This document shows positions 47,529-62,289 of a stretch of DNA of 64,000 bases, piece after piece (positions within the stretch are counted from its first letter, which is position 1; each line of letters opens with the position of its first letter). The notes beneath the pieces are model-generated. The model worked only from the letters and a program-made list of their open reading frames with translations. It did not search any database and was not told the origin of the DNA. This DNA is from Spongospora subterranea f. sp. subterranea (taxonomy: Eukaryota), in the NCBI GenBank assembly GCA_049724395.1, contig JAUGWO010000128.1, positions 62,001 through 126,000 of the forward strand, in the 5' to 3' direction. The position numbers and the translations under genes are program-made.

Positions 47529-50500
47529 ATGAGCGGAAAGAGTGTCATTCTTGAAGAGGACACAGATCCCAACTATGTCCCGACGAGAGAGGAGATCGTC
47601 GACTACGCCCTCTTCCTTGGCATGGAACTGCCGCGAGACGAGAATCTGCTCTGGATAGCGACTGAGGGGCTGAAGGCCCCATTACCCCCGAAATGGAAAC
47701 CTTGTAAGAGCCAAGACGGGGAAGTTTACTACTTCAACTTCAGTACAGGAGAGTCTACATGGGAGCATCCATGTGATCAGGTTACAAACCCATAATTTCC
47801 CACACATATCCTTCTGTACGTCGCGGCAGATTTTCTATCGGAAAAATTTGCATTTGATGATGATGCGGTCGCTTTAGTTCGACCGATTATATGTGGCGAT
47901 ATTGAACACAAACTGCATCGAATATACTTACCCTTGTTGCTCGTATAGTTTTACAAGAACATCTATAAGACTGAATATGAGAAATCGGTGGCTGTGGCGG
48001 CCTCTGCGTCAGAAGGATCCGTTTTGGCACCATCACTGGCTAGAAAATCTTCTGGTCCATTACAGACGGTATTAAAAGACAAAATCGTGCTATCCAAGAT
48101 CATTCCGAAACTTGAACGAAAAAATGAGGAAGTGTGTAAACCAGTTGCCGTGGATAATTTAAAGAATACTGCAGAAGTCGATAAATTGGATCTGGTGTGG
48201 AGAGAGGGGCAAAAACAGGAAATGGCACTAGAGCGACAAGAATGGCAAAAAAAACGCCAAACTGAAGCTGAAAGTTGGATGAAAGCCAAGCAAGCCGAAA
48301 TCGATGCCGAAAAACATCGGAGGTATAATGAGGTCCGGGCCCAAATGGAAAAGGGCATTGAGACCATTATGGAAGAGTCGAACCTAAGATTAGAAGAGCA
48401 GCGCGAAATATTGAGGAAAGAGCAAGCTCAACATGATCAAGCTATGGAGGATAGGTGGAGAAAGCCACTTTGACATTCATTTACAATGTCTGGACGAGGC
48501 AATTGATTCTACAAACTTTCTTCCTCAAACGGCGCATTTTTCGTTTACCACTCGATGATTGGGTTCCAAATTGAAATACCAAATTCATAGGAGGATTGAG
48601 TGGATGACGGTGCTCAAAGAAGAATCAAGAAAGCGGGAAGCTACGATGAAAAGTCGCATGGAGGAACTCGAAAGTATGCACAATTTGGAGATCAAAAGAA
48701 GGCAAGCTGAGCACGAGGAAGAAATGAAGGGTATGTATCTTGTCGTTGAACGTTGTTGCAAAAGCTGTTCCAAACCTTCTGCAGCCATTGATAGAGATGC
48801 CGCTCTGCAAGTTACCATAAGAGAAGACGCCATTAAGGCCCGTATTGCCGAGCTGGAGCTAGCAGCGCAACAGGTGGAGGTAGAGTCAATTCTGGTCGCT
48901 ATTTGTTTGTTATCAATATTACGTGTAGAGAGAGGCAATTGAAAACGAGAATGACCGCAAACGAATCTGGAAAGAACGGAGCGAGCGTATTGAACAGGAA
49001 GGGAAAGAAGAAATGTCGTAAAGAGGAAGATGCATGGAATATCAAGAGAAAATCGGAACAGGTCAGAGCGTTGATTACAAGATCGTAGAGAAGCTTAGAC
49101 CTGTGTGATTAGGTTAGAGTTGATAGTGAATTAATTCAGACAAACGCCCTTCTGGAATCAGAATTGGATAATCAACGGAAGGTTTCGGAATAGTGAATAA
49201 GAATGTCTTGAAATATTTGACAATCTGACTCGTTTAGGCGATGGCGGCGCTCAAAACAGCGTGTGACACAGAGTGCCAGATCATGTCCAACAAATTGAAA
49301 AAATTAGAATCTGAGTTAATCTCGGTCAAACAAGAAAATTCAAAACTTATTCAATCAGTATGTTAACAACGGTTGCCAAAAAACAAAGAAAACATTAACA
49401 GCGTGCACTCTTGATACTAGAAGCCAGATATGTCCGACATCGAATATCGAGAATCTTTGAAGCAACAAGATGAACTGCTGCAACGAAAGTATCAGACAGC
49501 GTTGGACCAGGTTATTCAATGATCGCAATGAACTTTGCTAGGTTCTATGCTAATTTTGAATTAAAAAAAAGATGAAGGCCGAACGGGACAATGCCCTTGC
49601 TCGAATTGCAAATCATACATGCACGAAGAGAGATGGAGAAGCGGATAATTCGTTGTCCGATGATGAAGATGAAATGGAGGATGTTTGTCAAGTTACTGTA
49701 TCCGGAGTCTAGTTTCTGCTAATCAACAAGTGTTTAGGTGGCGAGCAGTGGCCTGAGTGATATCAGCGACTTCAGTGAAGCAGATTGGAATGGATATCAC
49801 AGTACTTGACTAGTGTACTACAATGAAAGATCGTCGAGCTCAATCTGGAACAGGTTGGAATCGACAGCTAAATCGGGAGCAAGCATCTATCACACAAGCA
49901 GGCCGATATCTGAAGCAACAACGACGATCCATGTCACGGGCGCGAGTGGCGCTCATCAAAGACCAAGCCAGATGGAAAAAGGATAGCGATGCGAGCCAAG
50001 ACAACCCCACTGGAACAGACAAGCATATACTAGGTCCGTCTGGGATATCGTCGACAAACAGTTCCATATTGACTGTACTTTGTTGGAAAACAGTTCGAGA
50101 ATTGAAGCGGCGAAAGAAGTTTCTGGATCAACGAGCGCATCGTCTCAACTCCGATATCAGCCAATACCGTCGGCTGAAGCGCGGAGTATCCAAACGGCAG
50201 GATGGATTGAGAGATATGATACGAGAATCTGTAAATATACCCATCAAGCCAGGACCTGATTCGAATATGGATCATCAGGCGGACAAGGCAAATACAGAAT
50301 CAAAACCGTCGACGACAGCAAATACAATCACTAACAGCGTAGCGAAAGATACTCGGGTAAAAAATGTCATGAGCTATAAAACTGTGTTTGAGAAACGTTA
50401 ATAGGCGGCGTTAAATGCCCATTATGGATGGCTGACATCATTCAGGAGTGAGATGCAAAGGTCCCAAGAACCAGGAAAGGCTCCTGGTAGATACCAATTA

Positions 50501-50590
50501 GGGAGATCGCCAACAAACAGGACGCAACCATCACTAATCACTCCAAGCAACAACAACGATATAACGATCAGAATCAAAGTCGAAAAATAA
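47529..50590 (+). CDS. CEP164-like WW-domain coiled-coil protein, multi-exon
   Basis: N-terminus ILEEDTDPNYVPTREEIVDYALFLGM..LLWIATEGLKAPLPPKWKPC..VYYFNFSTGESTWEHPCD is typical of CEP164. Long E/K/R coiled-coil exons follow. Confidence 0.8.
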
Positions 50591-50645
50591 TCAAAGGCGA
50601 TTAGAATTATCACAGCTGAATAGTGTATGCAATGAGCGTTTAAAA

Positions 50646-53600
50646 TTAGATCTTATCATAGTAGTCGCCGAAAGCTGGTAGGGATGCCTTCATACCCTTA
50701 CGCTCACGAATCTGGAGCACGATTTTGTTGGCTTGTGATCCTTCATCAGTGATGAGACCGGCAACCTCAGCAAAGTGACTGAAAACCATTTGAGGGAACG
50801 CTTGTCCAGCTAAACAAAACTGTCAGTGAAAGCAGGCCAGCAAAAAAGGAAAACCTATACCTGTGTTCTTGCGGAGCAGTTCAGTGAATCCAAATGATTC
50901 CGTGACAGGGAGCAGCGCTTGCACCTTGGTCATGGGCGTACCCGCTTTCTGTGTTTCTTTCTCGACAATACCACGGCGCTGTGATAATGTGTTGTAAACA
51001 CCAGAGACAGCAACCTGGGGCACTGTAATTTCAACCAGGTAAAGAGGCTCCATGAGCTTCGGGCCCGACTTGATCTGACACGCAGAGAATACCCGTTTGG
51101 CACAAGGCATTAACTGACCAGCACCACGATGGATGGCATCAGCGTGAAGAACAACATCTTCAAGATTGAATCGGATACCACGGAGGGCTTCGTCAGCGAA
51201 CACACCACCGCTAGTGGTCTGCATGAAAGCTCCAACCAAGCTGTCCTTGATTTCCGATAAGAACTGAGCAGCTTTCGTGGTATCGACAAGAACGTTGCCT
51301 TTGCCGTCGGGAGGGCAACCGAAGGCCCAAACTTTACGAGCTTCGTTGACATCCCAGCCGTACTTGTCAGCCATGACACGGCCACGAACTTTGGCTTCCT
51401 GTTCGATTTTGATATCGTCGTTCTCGATGTCACGGATGAGGCCTTCTTCAATAGGTCCAGCGGTGAAGTAGAGACGGTTGTGCTTGTTAGGAGACTTGGA
51501 CACGCACTGCATCTCTGACACCGTCGAAACGGTCTCACAGAAGTTGACAACTGGGTTGCCGACGGTGATCGGAGCTCCCTTCATGTACTCGAACTGAAGA
51601 TCATTCAAACAGATTTCAAGGTGTAACTCTCCTGCACCGGCGACAATGTGTTCACCGGTTTTGGCAGTGTAAACCAAAACCATAGGATCGGATTTGGCCA
51701 GACGCTTAAGACCTTCAACCAACTTAGGAAGATCCTGCGCATTCTTGGGCTCGACAGCACGACGAACGACGGGGCTGACAGAGAACTTCATGGTGACGAA
51801 AGGGTGGGCGACTTCACTGGTGGTTAAGGTTCCGCTCTGAATGTGACATCAGTACCGGAACCAAAAGGCACTCAGAAAAACTACATACCTTGAGAAGGAA
51901 CTGATCAATACCAACAAGACCAACGATGTTTCCACATGGGCAATCGGCAATCTGCTCAATCTTGCCGGCCATCAACAGGACAGTACGCTGGACTTTCTTA
52001 ACGTGAAGATCGCGCTTCTCGCCGACGTTGTAATCAGGTCCAAGAATACGGACGGTCTGACCTGACATTGGACAATTAGATGACTATTTGAAACAAATTG
52101 GCAAACTGAATATCAGAATTTGTTATCAGTGTAACTATGACAATTGAGCCTCATGAGAAAGATTAGCCCCATTCCACCAAAACGGGGAATGAAGATAAAG
52201 TAGGAAAGTATGAAAAAGTTCATCACATAACAAAGACGCCGAATGTAAATATAGCTTACCGGTCCTGACAACACCGGAGAAAACACGGCCGAAGGCGAAG
52301 AAGCGACCACCATCAGAAGAGGGAACCATCTTTGAGACATACATCATTAAAGGACCATTGGGATCACACTTCTTGACGGCCAACGCGCATTCATCATCGG
52401 CTGGTCCCGGGTACAGCGTATCGCAACGATATTTCTACAAACGGAAACACCCTTTAGCATCCGACAACGTAAACAATAGATTAATTACCTGAGCGTGAAC
52501 AGGGGAAGGAAGGTGCTTGACCATCATATCGAGCAGACACTCGGCGGCAGGAAGCCAGGACTGCATGACACGTTTGAGCAGAGCTTTACCAGTCAAATCT
52601 TCGGCATCCTTTGGCACTGAGTGGAAATTTAGAGTTCAGCCGCGGAGCTAACCAACCGTTTTCGCTAACCTTTAATGCCTAAACCTTTGATGTACTTGGC
52701 GAACACTTCTTTCTTGTCCTCCATGATGGCATCGAACAACATTTCAATCGGGTCAAGAATGAACTTACAGAAACCACGTTCATTCTGAACACCATCGGTA
52801 ACGGGTTTGCTTGTCCATTTCTTGCCTTTAGCGTTGTAGAAGTTCTCTCCCCAAAGGCGAAGTCATCATTTTGTCCTTAGGCAGACCGAGCTTCTTGTTG
52901 TACATGAGTGCGAAACGCTCAAGAGAGAAACCCCAGCCGTGAAGACCGGAACCAAAAGCGACGGTCCCCTTCTCAGGGTAGACCTGGATATCGGGCATCG
53001 TTTCGTCTTTGTATGTGGAGATGACGACATTAACAGACTCAACGGCGGCACGGAACGTCTGATAAGCTTCTTCACGGGGAAGATGTTGCTCCAAAAATAC
53101 ACGGTCGAGCTTGTTCAAGAACAGGACAGGGATGATACGCTCGTCAATAGCCTTCAAACCCCAGCAATTAGAATGTAATTCAACCAAACAATAAACTGTA
53201 GAAAACATTATAATACCTGACGAAGGACGGTTTCGGTTTGGACGCACACTCCTTCGATACAATCGACAACGACCAATGCACCATCAGTTACACGCAAAGC
53301 AGCTGTAACTTCACTGCTGAAATCAACGTGCCCTGGAGAATCGATCAAGTTGATCAAGAAAGGCATCGCTTCGGTGATTCCATTCTCCCTTTCCTCGGCA
53401 TCGGGCTCACGCTCGTAATATAGGGAAACGGAGGTCGACTTGATGGTAATACCACGGTCTACACGCCAAAGAATACGGACGTCAGCAAACATGGGTTCAC
53501 ATGGCAAGTCGAGGAACATTACCGATTTCATCCTGACGGGTATCAGTTGTTCGCTTATCACCAGCGTCAGCTTCAGCCATCATACCGGCTTTGGATAAAA

Positions 53601-53784
53601 GCGAATCGGTTAATGTGGACTTTCCATGGTCGACGTGAGCAATAACGGACATATTCCGAATATTTTCCTATAAAAAAACAAGATGTCAATAGACAATTGG
53701 GCGACGCCGGGCGAACCAAAAGCGACAGCAACGTACACGACGATCCATCATGGCGCGGATCTGGTCGATCGTGAAGTTAACCAT
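50646..53784 (-). CDS. EEF2: Translation elongation factor 2, multi-exon; apparent 1-nt insertion at ~52861
   Basis: [89 protein letters not shown] (diphthamide His), YYDKI*. Confidence 0.98.
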
Positions 53785-54968
53785 GATGAAGGAGTTTGAT
53801 GAAAGAGCCTGAGGCTGTTAGCTAGGGACTAAAGTGGGGCGGGACGGACGACAGACAGACGACGACGCCCAAGTCTATACACAAACGACACTAGGTCAAG
53901 ACGTGATGTGGATAGAAGGGTGGCAGGATTTGCGAGCGGTTCGGAGTGCGCTGCGGACTCCGCTTCCTTCGGATTTGGCCAACCACATTACACCATATGC
54001 GCCCTAATTGATTCATGAACCACTCGTGTCTTCGTATGACATGACTCCCATTTTGATTTGGTCCCATAATCGATTTCAATTATCTCTTTCATCGAATATT
54101 TGATTAATTTTATCGGCGGGGATATTTTGGTCGGTAAATAATGGATTCATCGGCCGAGTTCGTATGAATCTGTATTGGTTAATGCGCTCCGTAGCCGAAT
54201 GGATATCACATGCAGCTAATGTGCTCGAACTGGCTGCGTCCTTTGCCATCATAAACTGCCAAAATTCATGTGTCTTATTTTCTTTGCAATAACCATAATG
54301 ATGTGTTGTTGTTCGATTAATGTTCAGATTGGAGCGTAGTTAAACCTCTCTCTGGTGAAGGAACAAGTATCGGTTGTGTTGAGTCGCAACAGCATGTCAC
54401 CTTAGAAAAGCAAAAGAAGGTGATCAGCCAAGCTGAACCCGATAACGTCACGAACTGGTTAAACCATGACATTCTGTATTTTGCGGGCAGGGGCCAACCT
54501 GTCCCCACTGTCAGGATCGCCCAAACAGCCGTAATAATTGATTCACGGACTCATGATCATGATGAGACTCTACAGTGATAGTGATCACGTAGTACTTGTG
54601 CCAATGATAATAGTATGACGACACCATTCATAACAATCCTGAAGGCTGTATCCAAGCGTTCCACCGACGGTCGGTTTGTGTTCGTCGTTGTCATTCAGCT
54701 TCCATCGAATCGTGGAAAACTGCAATTCAACGGATTGTGTCGAGCTTGACAGACCCAACAAGCACTAATAAATGATCCTCGTCACCGTAAATGTGCTTTG
54801 CCCAAATTTCGCGAATACAACTCTAAACGAATAGAATGTAGTTGTTTTATATAATGATTGATGTGTGATCCTGACTGGCAGAACATGTGCTCAGTTATCC
54901 CATATCAGTGAGGACCACTGACCGCATCGGAATCGGGACAGGGATGACACGATACCCGCTGACCGTAC

Positions 54969-57900
54969 ATGGCCTCTCAGTGCAGCGATTCACGATACTG
55001 CTACAGAGTATGCGGGTAAGGGGTTCCACTGTAGCTCAACACGATTGACAACTGTTACCCATAAGTGTGCATCGTGTTCATTACCTGTCAAACAGCAAAT
55101 CACTACTGGACCAGACGTTGATGTGTTTTCCTTCGTCAATGTGCTTGATATCAGGGTACCTCTAATGGGAACGCCAAGTACGGTCATGATATCTGCCCAT
55201 CATTCCTGTAGCAGCTCTAATCGAAAGCGACGGCGCGATCGGTTCCTTTTCTGACCAAGACCTTCTAGATCGCGTAAGCGACTCTAAGTCGTCTCCATGT
55301 CATTGAGCAAATCCGTTGAAGATCGAGTCAAGGAGTATTGCCTGCGATACCTTCTTTATTGCATCGGTGACTAATGCAGTTGTTATTTAGGGTTTCGTCA
55401 TACACGGCAAGGGATGTTCAAAAATACTGTAAAGGATTGCTGAAGATCCAGCACAACTCGACCAAAATTGTCGACAGCTCCGGGGACGGCGGGCATATTT
55501 ACCAATGTATCAAGGAGATGATGAAATCGATGACAGAATCGGCAAGTGACTATCATGAACTTTCAGTCGACCTTCTTGAAGTAGCATCGTCATCACTGTC
55601 GTATGCCGAATTTGTGTTTCCAACTAATTTCTGATCACGACTCTAGAGGAACTCCTGAATCGGGAACAAGTGTGTGGAGCCCTGCGATCACGAAGTTTCT
55701 CAGTCATAACAACCGTTCAATGACCCGATTGCACGACACCATTGCTGACATAGCACGGTAAAAGAACGGAAGCTTTTCAAAATCAACTTTTAACTCGGCT
55801 TCTCAGGCAACCGGAACCAAGTTCATCACATGAATCCAGAATCTCTCCACTGAACCTAATCAAGTTGATACAGTTGAACAGGTTTAACACAATATCGATC
55901 AGCATTATACTTCGTGATATTGCCGAGCTAAGCAACAAACTGTCCACAAGATTATGGAAGACTTCGCTTGCTTACACCAAAACCGAGCCTTCCAACGATC
56001 AACTCGTTCTTTTGTGTCAGTTGTTATCACGATTATGCGAGGGTTACTCCTCGTTAGGCTCATGCCTTTCAGCTGACTCTCATGACATAATGGCTATGCA
56101 TAACGACATGAGTGAATTTGATCAACAAACAGTCCTTTCTTTGAAAGCAAACAGTGAAGCCACAGACTCGAACATGGAGAAAGTAGCTGAGCGAGTATTT
56201 GCCATAAACAGGCAGAGAACTCAGACAGTTGAGGGCGCTCTGTTCCGGTTAGCCAAGGTGGAAAAAGGAAAATGTCAATTGTCGATGTCGATTCTTATCT
56301 CACTTTTGTATGTACAGTCCCACATTGCATTGTTGACAACCTTCGCATTAGTAACTGGTACAAGAAACTTAACCATTCAAACTGATACAGAAAACAAGGT
56401 TCACATGTTATAACTTCTCACAATCGCGTTTTAAAAAAGGTCAAATAGGAAATATGTGAGGGTAATATACAGATCGACCAGATACCTCAGGCTCCTCTAC
56501 CCAGCAACGATGACATGATAATATCCTCATATTCTTGCGCAATTCTCAAAAAAGGTTTCCCAGTTCACGGGAGGATGTCGTTGACACGGTTAGATCGGAC
56601 ATGCCCATTCGAAAAGCTTGCTGATCTTTGGTAATCAGATCATCAGTTTGCTTTGCATCACCCCTCTTGTCGGGGGACGTCAAAATTGCGTTTACTTCAA
56701 TTCAGAACGTTCGCACAAAGAAAAATTAGCTCTTATGCTTCCTAACTCGCTAAAAATCACTGATGCCGAATGCGTTAGAACCTTCACTAGCTTCTTGAAC
56801 TTAGATCAGGTAAAACTCGGTATGTGATTTGACTTCTTCTGCCAAACCGTGCAAAGGCGCTGCAATCTATACAGGAGCTTTTGCGCATCCATCGGGCGAT
56901 TGCTGTTGCCGTCTTGACACCTCGGGCCGTTTTCAAAAATCAATGCGAAGTGACACCAGAATTAACCTCGGTATCGAATAACACCGGTGAACGCAACAAT
57001 AGCGATGTTGAAAAGACGATAGACGGCGATTTAAAGGCGGGACCCGAACCGATCATCATGCTCAAATCAGCAGTTGAAGTGATAGCTAATCAAACTGACA
57101 AAATATCGCATGTTCTCTCTGTCAAAATTTGCTGCCCTTCGAATCAGTTGATCCAGTTGATGACAAGGCAATCCATATGGACGACTTTTCTTGAGCGGGA
57201 TGGCCATACTGCCATTAGCATATCTGATTGGACCTCAGGTCATTCACGGCAAGAGTTGCAATTACTAAAGTCACTGACATGATTTATATCTGCCAGACGA
57301 AATTTCGGGGCATCAAAGTCGAGTAATTACATCAACCAGGTCTTTAGGAAGCGCCTTTGCCGCATTTGGTGTTAGTCAAGCTATGCTATCATCAATTCAT
57401 CGGTTCGGATATAATAACGAGCACATGGCAATATATCAGATTGAAACTGTACAATTTTTGAACAACGAATAAGTTCCAGGCTAACGTCATCTTGGTTATA
57501 GACGTGTTCCGGTATTCCTTATTCGGATTGCTTTACGGTTTATATCCAAATAGAAATCGGCATCGGATCAGGTGGGAAGTTTGATTCAACTGAAGGTATT
57601 GATTAAATTTGTAACAGAAGGACGCGAAATATCATTAGAAATAGGAGTTGAACCTAGATTCATCAAAAAGACGTTGTTAAAAGGAACAATCACGAAAAAT
57701 GTTGAACGTATGTCGGAATCCGAATTTATAGGTTTAACCGTTGGTATGTCAGGTCATCCGAGAAACACAGGAGTCATACAAAACATTCCAAATGATTCTC
57801 GCCGAAAGATTGCCCAGTTCAATTGCGTCGGCGAGCACCAATACCACGGCGAACAAAGTAATCCATTTTCATGATCCCATAAAATCCCAGTATAGGTCAC

Positions 57901-58199
57901 ATAAAAACACACAGGTGCGTCGTTATTGTTCTGCAAACAACTTGTGAAAGTGAACAGAGCTCAGGCATTAGCAATGTTCGTAATCGCGGTGATGATGGTT
58001 GCACTTCTATGGCTTTTGATAGGAAAACAAGGTTTCAAACCCGAAGGATATGAACTTTCGTCACAGATGTTGGATATAAAACAACAGGTACAAATGGTGG
58101 TTGCATATACCAACGCATAAAATGAGAATGCATGGACAGCTCGACACGGTCGCAAAAGATATCAAACTAATTAAGCAGTTGATAGATAATGAAAATTGA
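54969..58199 (+). CDS. GRAM + VASt (StART-like) + TM lipid-transfer protein (LAM/GRAMD1-like) with helical N-terminal region, multi-exon
   Basis: GRAM: SYSCAILKKGFPVHGRMSLT..KEKLALMLPNSLKI..FTSFLN. VASt: ISISDWT..GIPYSDCFTV..FIKKTLLKGTITKN. TM: ALAMFVIAVMMVALLWLLIG, then a short coiled coil. Confidence 0.75.
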
Positions 58200-58259
58200 T
58201 AAAATTTAACCAGGGAATGTATTTGAATTTGAATGGGTAATGCACGGAAATAGGCGGAT

Positions 58260-60155
58260 TTAATCATTCTTTTCGGATTCAGTCCTCTTGGATTTGAGAA
58301 GTATGGCAATGCAAACAAATATGTAAGAGGGTACTAAGACGGCCCATATCACTTTAACATGAGTTTGGAGCAGTCCTTGTCTGGAACAGCTCTTGGCCGA
58401 ACTTAATGCCGATCAGCATCTCCACGACAATAATCAGAGTTAACACCCAGGCCTGCGACCCAAGTCGCTTGCACCTGCGATTACCAAATTAGCTAATTCG
58501 GATTGAAATCATTGGCGTAAAGAGTACTTGCTATCGCTAGTATAGATGTAGACTTGACGTAATGATGGCAACCCAATAACAAAAATGAGGACTATCCTAT
58601 ATATATTCAAAGGATGTTCAGAAGGAATCCAACTGTCAGCGGATTAGAAACATTCCCACAACATCAAACCGCAGACGTACAGAACAGATTTCAAGAAAAA
58701 CGAATTCAGATCTTTGATCTGAAAAGCGACAAGCAAAGCCTAAACAGTATATATCTGAATGAATTCGCAGAAAGATGACCGCGAATTTTTGTTGATCACC
58801 TGTAAAGTTAGAAACCTACGCCAATTTTTTGTAAATTCCCACTTCACAGTCATCCATGAATGTGGCGCAAGTTGCATGACCAAACGTTTAGCCTGATTAA
58901 GCCCAATTGTTATTTGAGATCAATTAATTATACAAGGTATTCAACCTTTCCCGTCCTAAGAAAACTACTGTCAGAAAATCAGACAGCATATTACATATAT
59001 CGGGCTGACAATGTTTGTGTTTGACGAATTCCGGTCCATTCGTACGTTTGAACCTTCAAAAGCTTTAAAAGGCAAGAGTATGCAGCGGTAGAAACGCTGA
59101 CCTCTAAATAGCGGCAAAGTGCATAACCGAATTCAATTCCAAGTCCGTTGCATATTAAGACGTCAAGAATGATCTGGTCCCACCAGCATTCGGCGAAATT
59201 CGGCAACAAATGTGTAAAAGATATCTGATGCCAACAGGTTGATATATGTCTTAACGTAACAACACATGACCATCAACCTCAACGATTTCCCATAGGATAG
59301 AAGATATCCAGCAAACAAGTCTACTCACAAAATTTGAGAATATTTCAATCCAAGAACAAAAAGAAACTACCGATTTCTCATGACCATCGATTTGGCAATC
59401 CATCCGACGAAATGGGCAATTACAAACCGATCGAATGTTGCGTCGTGAATCGTTTTGAACGTAATGCGGCAATCTGCTGCATAAGGCCGCTCAATTGGCT
59501 TAACGTTAAGTGATGAATCGAAAAAAGTCATGGCCCATCTATTCCCATTCAAACATTAACGAAACCGATTCGTTTCCGATTGACTCCAAAATACCTGGCA
59601 GTATGAACATCCATAAATAGAAGCACAATTAGAGCAAATAGGTATAATACAGAAAGTCCAAACACCTATAATCGGTAATTAGAGAAGTAGCTGAGGAAGG
59701 TGCCGATGAATATTACCGCACGCCATACAGCCGGATTGGGGCGAATAAACGGCCCGGACGGAAATACTAGTAGACCTAAAACCTGATTATTTTCATCAGC
59801 AAACTGATATAAAGTAAAAGCAACACAGCCACTGACGATGAATACAAATGCAGCTGCACATAAACCTCGCATCAGCGCACTGGAAAACACAGGGATGTTG
59901 AGGAATGGCCAAAAGGATCTGAAGCAGTATGCCATACGTTTTCAGCTCATATTGCTGGGGATCAAACGCGCATGTGACCAATATGACAACACATATGGCC
60001 AAGGCGATAAGGCTATGAGGGGTATAAAGCCATTGAATCGTAATGTCGTTCACGTATTGCTCATTAGAATAATCTCGAGCAATGCTGTTTGAGCGAGGAA
60101 ACGCCGGCCGCGATGCTGTAGCCACAGGCGCAGGGGACTGAGCAATATCTGCCAT
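58260..60155 (-). CDS. PTDSS: Base-exchange phosphatidylserine synthase (PTDSS/PSS), multi-exon
   Basis: FPSGPFIRPNPAVWR, ERPYAADC, DRFVIAHFVGW, HLLPNFAECWWDQIILDVLICNGLGI, DLNSFFLK, KRLGSQAW. Confidence 0.93.
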
Positions 60156-61869
60156 TAATTATGGGCACTCCCAACAGCACAAACAGCACAAAACTAAAGC
60201 AGTTTCAGATTGGCAAAATCAGCACAAGTGGAATAGCGTTGCGCTCAGCCACCAGACTGTCAATCGGCAAGAAAAATAGCGCCATGCCCGCAAAAAAAAA
60301 GGGTTTCACACCAGTCAGCCGTTGCTCTTAATGTACAGTGTACCAAGTGACACGTTCAATTGTATTGGTTACCCAAGTCATCCCGAACGAGGAGTGTATC
60401 AATTCCCCACTCTGACCATGGGGCCCTCATCTGCGGGGTGCGCCTGTATCCGTTGACTGGCGTGCGTTTGATCCAACCGGTCTCCTCAAGCATTTCTCAT
60501 TGATACCTTATGTCGTACCATCCGACAGATATCCAGGATGACATTATCGGAGCCGATGGAAGGCGGCAGGGTAGATATTGCGAAGAGCGCCAGGTGTGTT
60601 ACGTCGATTGCGTTGTTCGACTCAGGTCTGACCAAATATTGAATAGTCTATCCGTGTGCGAAATTGCAGGAAGGATAGATTGTGAGCCAAGGCAATGACA
60701 CAGCCCGCGGCATCGTGGATTGGACAAAAAATCAAAAGCTGTCTGTGACAGTTGGCTACGGATCGGACTGTCATTTCGAAATGGATGTGGCAGTTGCGTA
60801 ACGCCCGATGAACATTGGTTGCAGCTAGAGATGTCAACGAGCCAACTCGAGTTGGCAATATCCGTGCCGAGTCGGACCCGAGTTGGTGCGGAATTTTACA
60901 GAGTCGCGAGTCCAACTCGTATATCAGCTTTTTGATGGGTCACCTCCTTGATGAAGTGCTGCGGGCGCCCAACGCGAGCGGCAACACAAATATCGAGTCG
61001 TTTGAGAACGAGCTCAAGTGTTGGTCTTCGCATCAACCAATGTCAATGGGGCAATCATTATAAGACGTTTGCATGTGATTTCGTGTGAACAAGCCGCTCT
61101 ATCCCAGGTTCGAACTGATGGCCAGGAATTACATGGGGGTGACATCGACGTCACTGCCCAAGAGGAGCGACGATCAGCAAACGCCGAACGAGACTTGATG
61201 ACGAATCGGTCACCGCAATCTGCGAAGTGCAGTCCTTCCTGAAATATAATCTGGCATAGCTGCCTCGCTGTAGCAATAAATGGAATCAAATACCTGAAGC
61301 TTTGAATAAGGACCGTTTGATCGCAACAAGGTGTATGGACATATGATTCAGAACAGTCGAGCCTGATAGCCGTTCTGAAGAATTCAGCAATCAGCATTTA
61401 CATAATTCTGTTGAAACTCGAGTTGCTGCTGGTCCTAACGAGTTCAACTCAAGTTGGGCCGGGCAACCGTAAATGAGTCAAGTCGGCTCGCTGACATGTC
61501 TACCTGAGGACCAACGGTCTCTGAGGGCTTTCGCCGTTTGCCCGTCGTTTCGGAAATTGCGCTATGGCCTATGGGTGCCGAAACGGCTGCCAAGTTGGAT
61601 TGCCCACATCCCAATATGTTCGCGAAAGAAGCTATCGCTTTGCCAGATGATCTGTCAGGTAAATGTGTTGGGGAAGCGTACTTAATCGGGCTCCAAGCAG
61701 GAGGCCTGGAACCTGCAAAGGTGTCTAGAAAACCGTCGACAAAATTCTGCACCGTAATACCTTGGACCTTTGTATTTCTGTACAGGGTGCGTGTTCCCAC
61801 CCCATGAAGTTCTTGGCGAAGCAGTGAAATTATTCTCGATCCGAACACGATTGGTGTCATTATACCATC

Positions 61870-62160
61870 ATCGCCAGTATTTACTCAACATGGCCCAGAC
61901 TCCGACCATTTCTCCATGTCGCCAAAGACAAGCATCGGCCATCGCGGCGGGAGAGCGATCAATGCCGATTATCATCCTCATCAACAAGGGGGGTGGTAGT
62001 CGCTGTCACTCTCTCTCTTCAGCGATGGTGACATGATAATCCTATTGATCATTTTCAAAGGCAAAACCGATATGAGGTTACGCGAAACTTCGGCAATATG
62101 AAACCCGGTTGTGCATGAATGGACGAATCTGTCATGCAAAGGTTCTTCGAGTGGAGTTCT
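61870..62160 (+). mobile_element. pogo/Tc5-like (DDE_1) transposase relic
   Basis: Broken frames give QYLLNMAQTP / FSMSPKTSIGHR / VAVTLS..GDMIILLIIFKGK / A*MDESVMQ, matching NMDQTP..FSM.PK.T..VAVT..ASG.ML...IFKGK..AWMDE. Confidence 0.7.
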
Positions 62161-62289
62161 TTATTGGTACGCAAATCGTGGTTCGTTGAATGACGACGTC
62201 GGCGACGATACAGTTGCATCGTCATTCAACGGACCATGATTTGCGATTCAACAAACAATCCCACTCCAAGACAGATTAATTTATGCACC

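Noticed and set aside
60500..61860. Cluster of short overlapping ORFs
   Set aside because: No consistent exon chain or domain could be built by eye.
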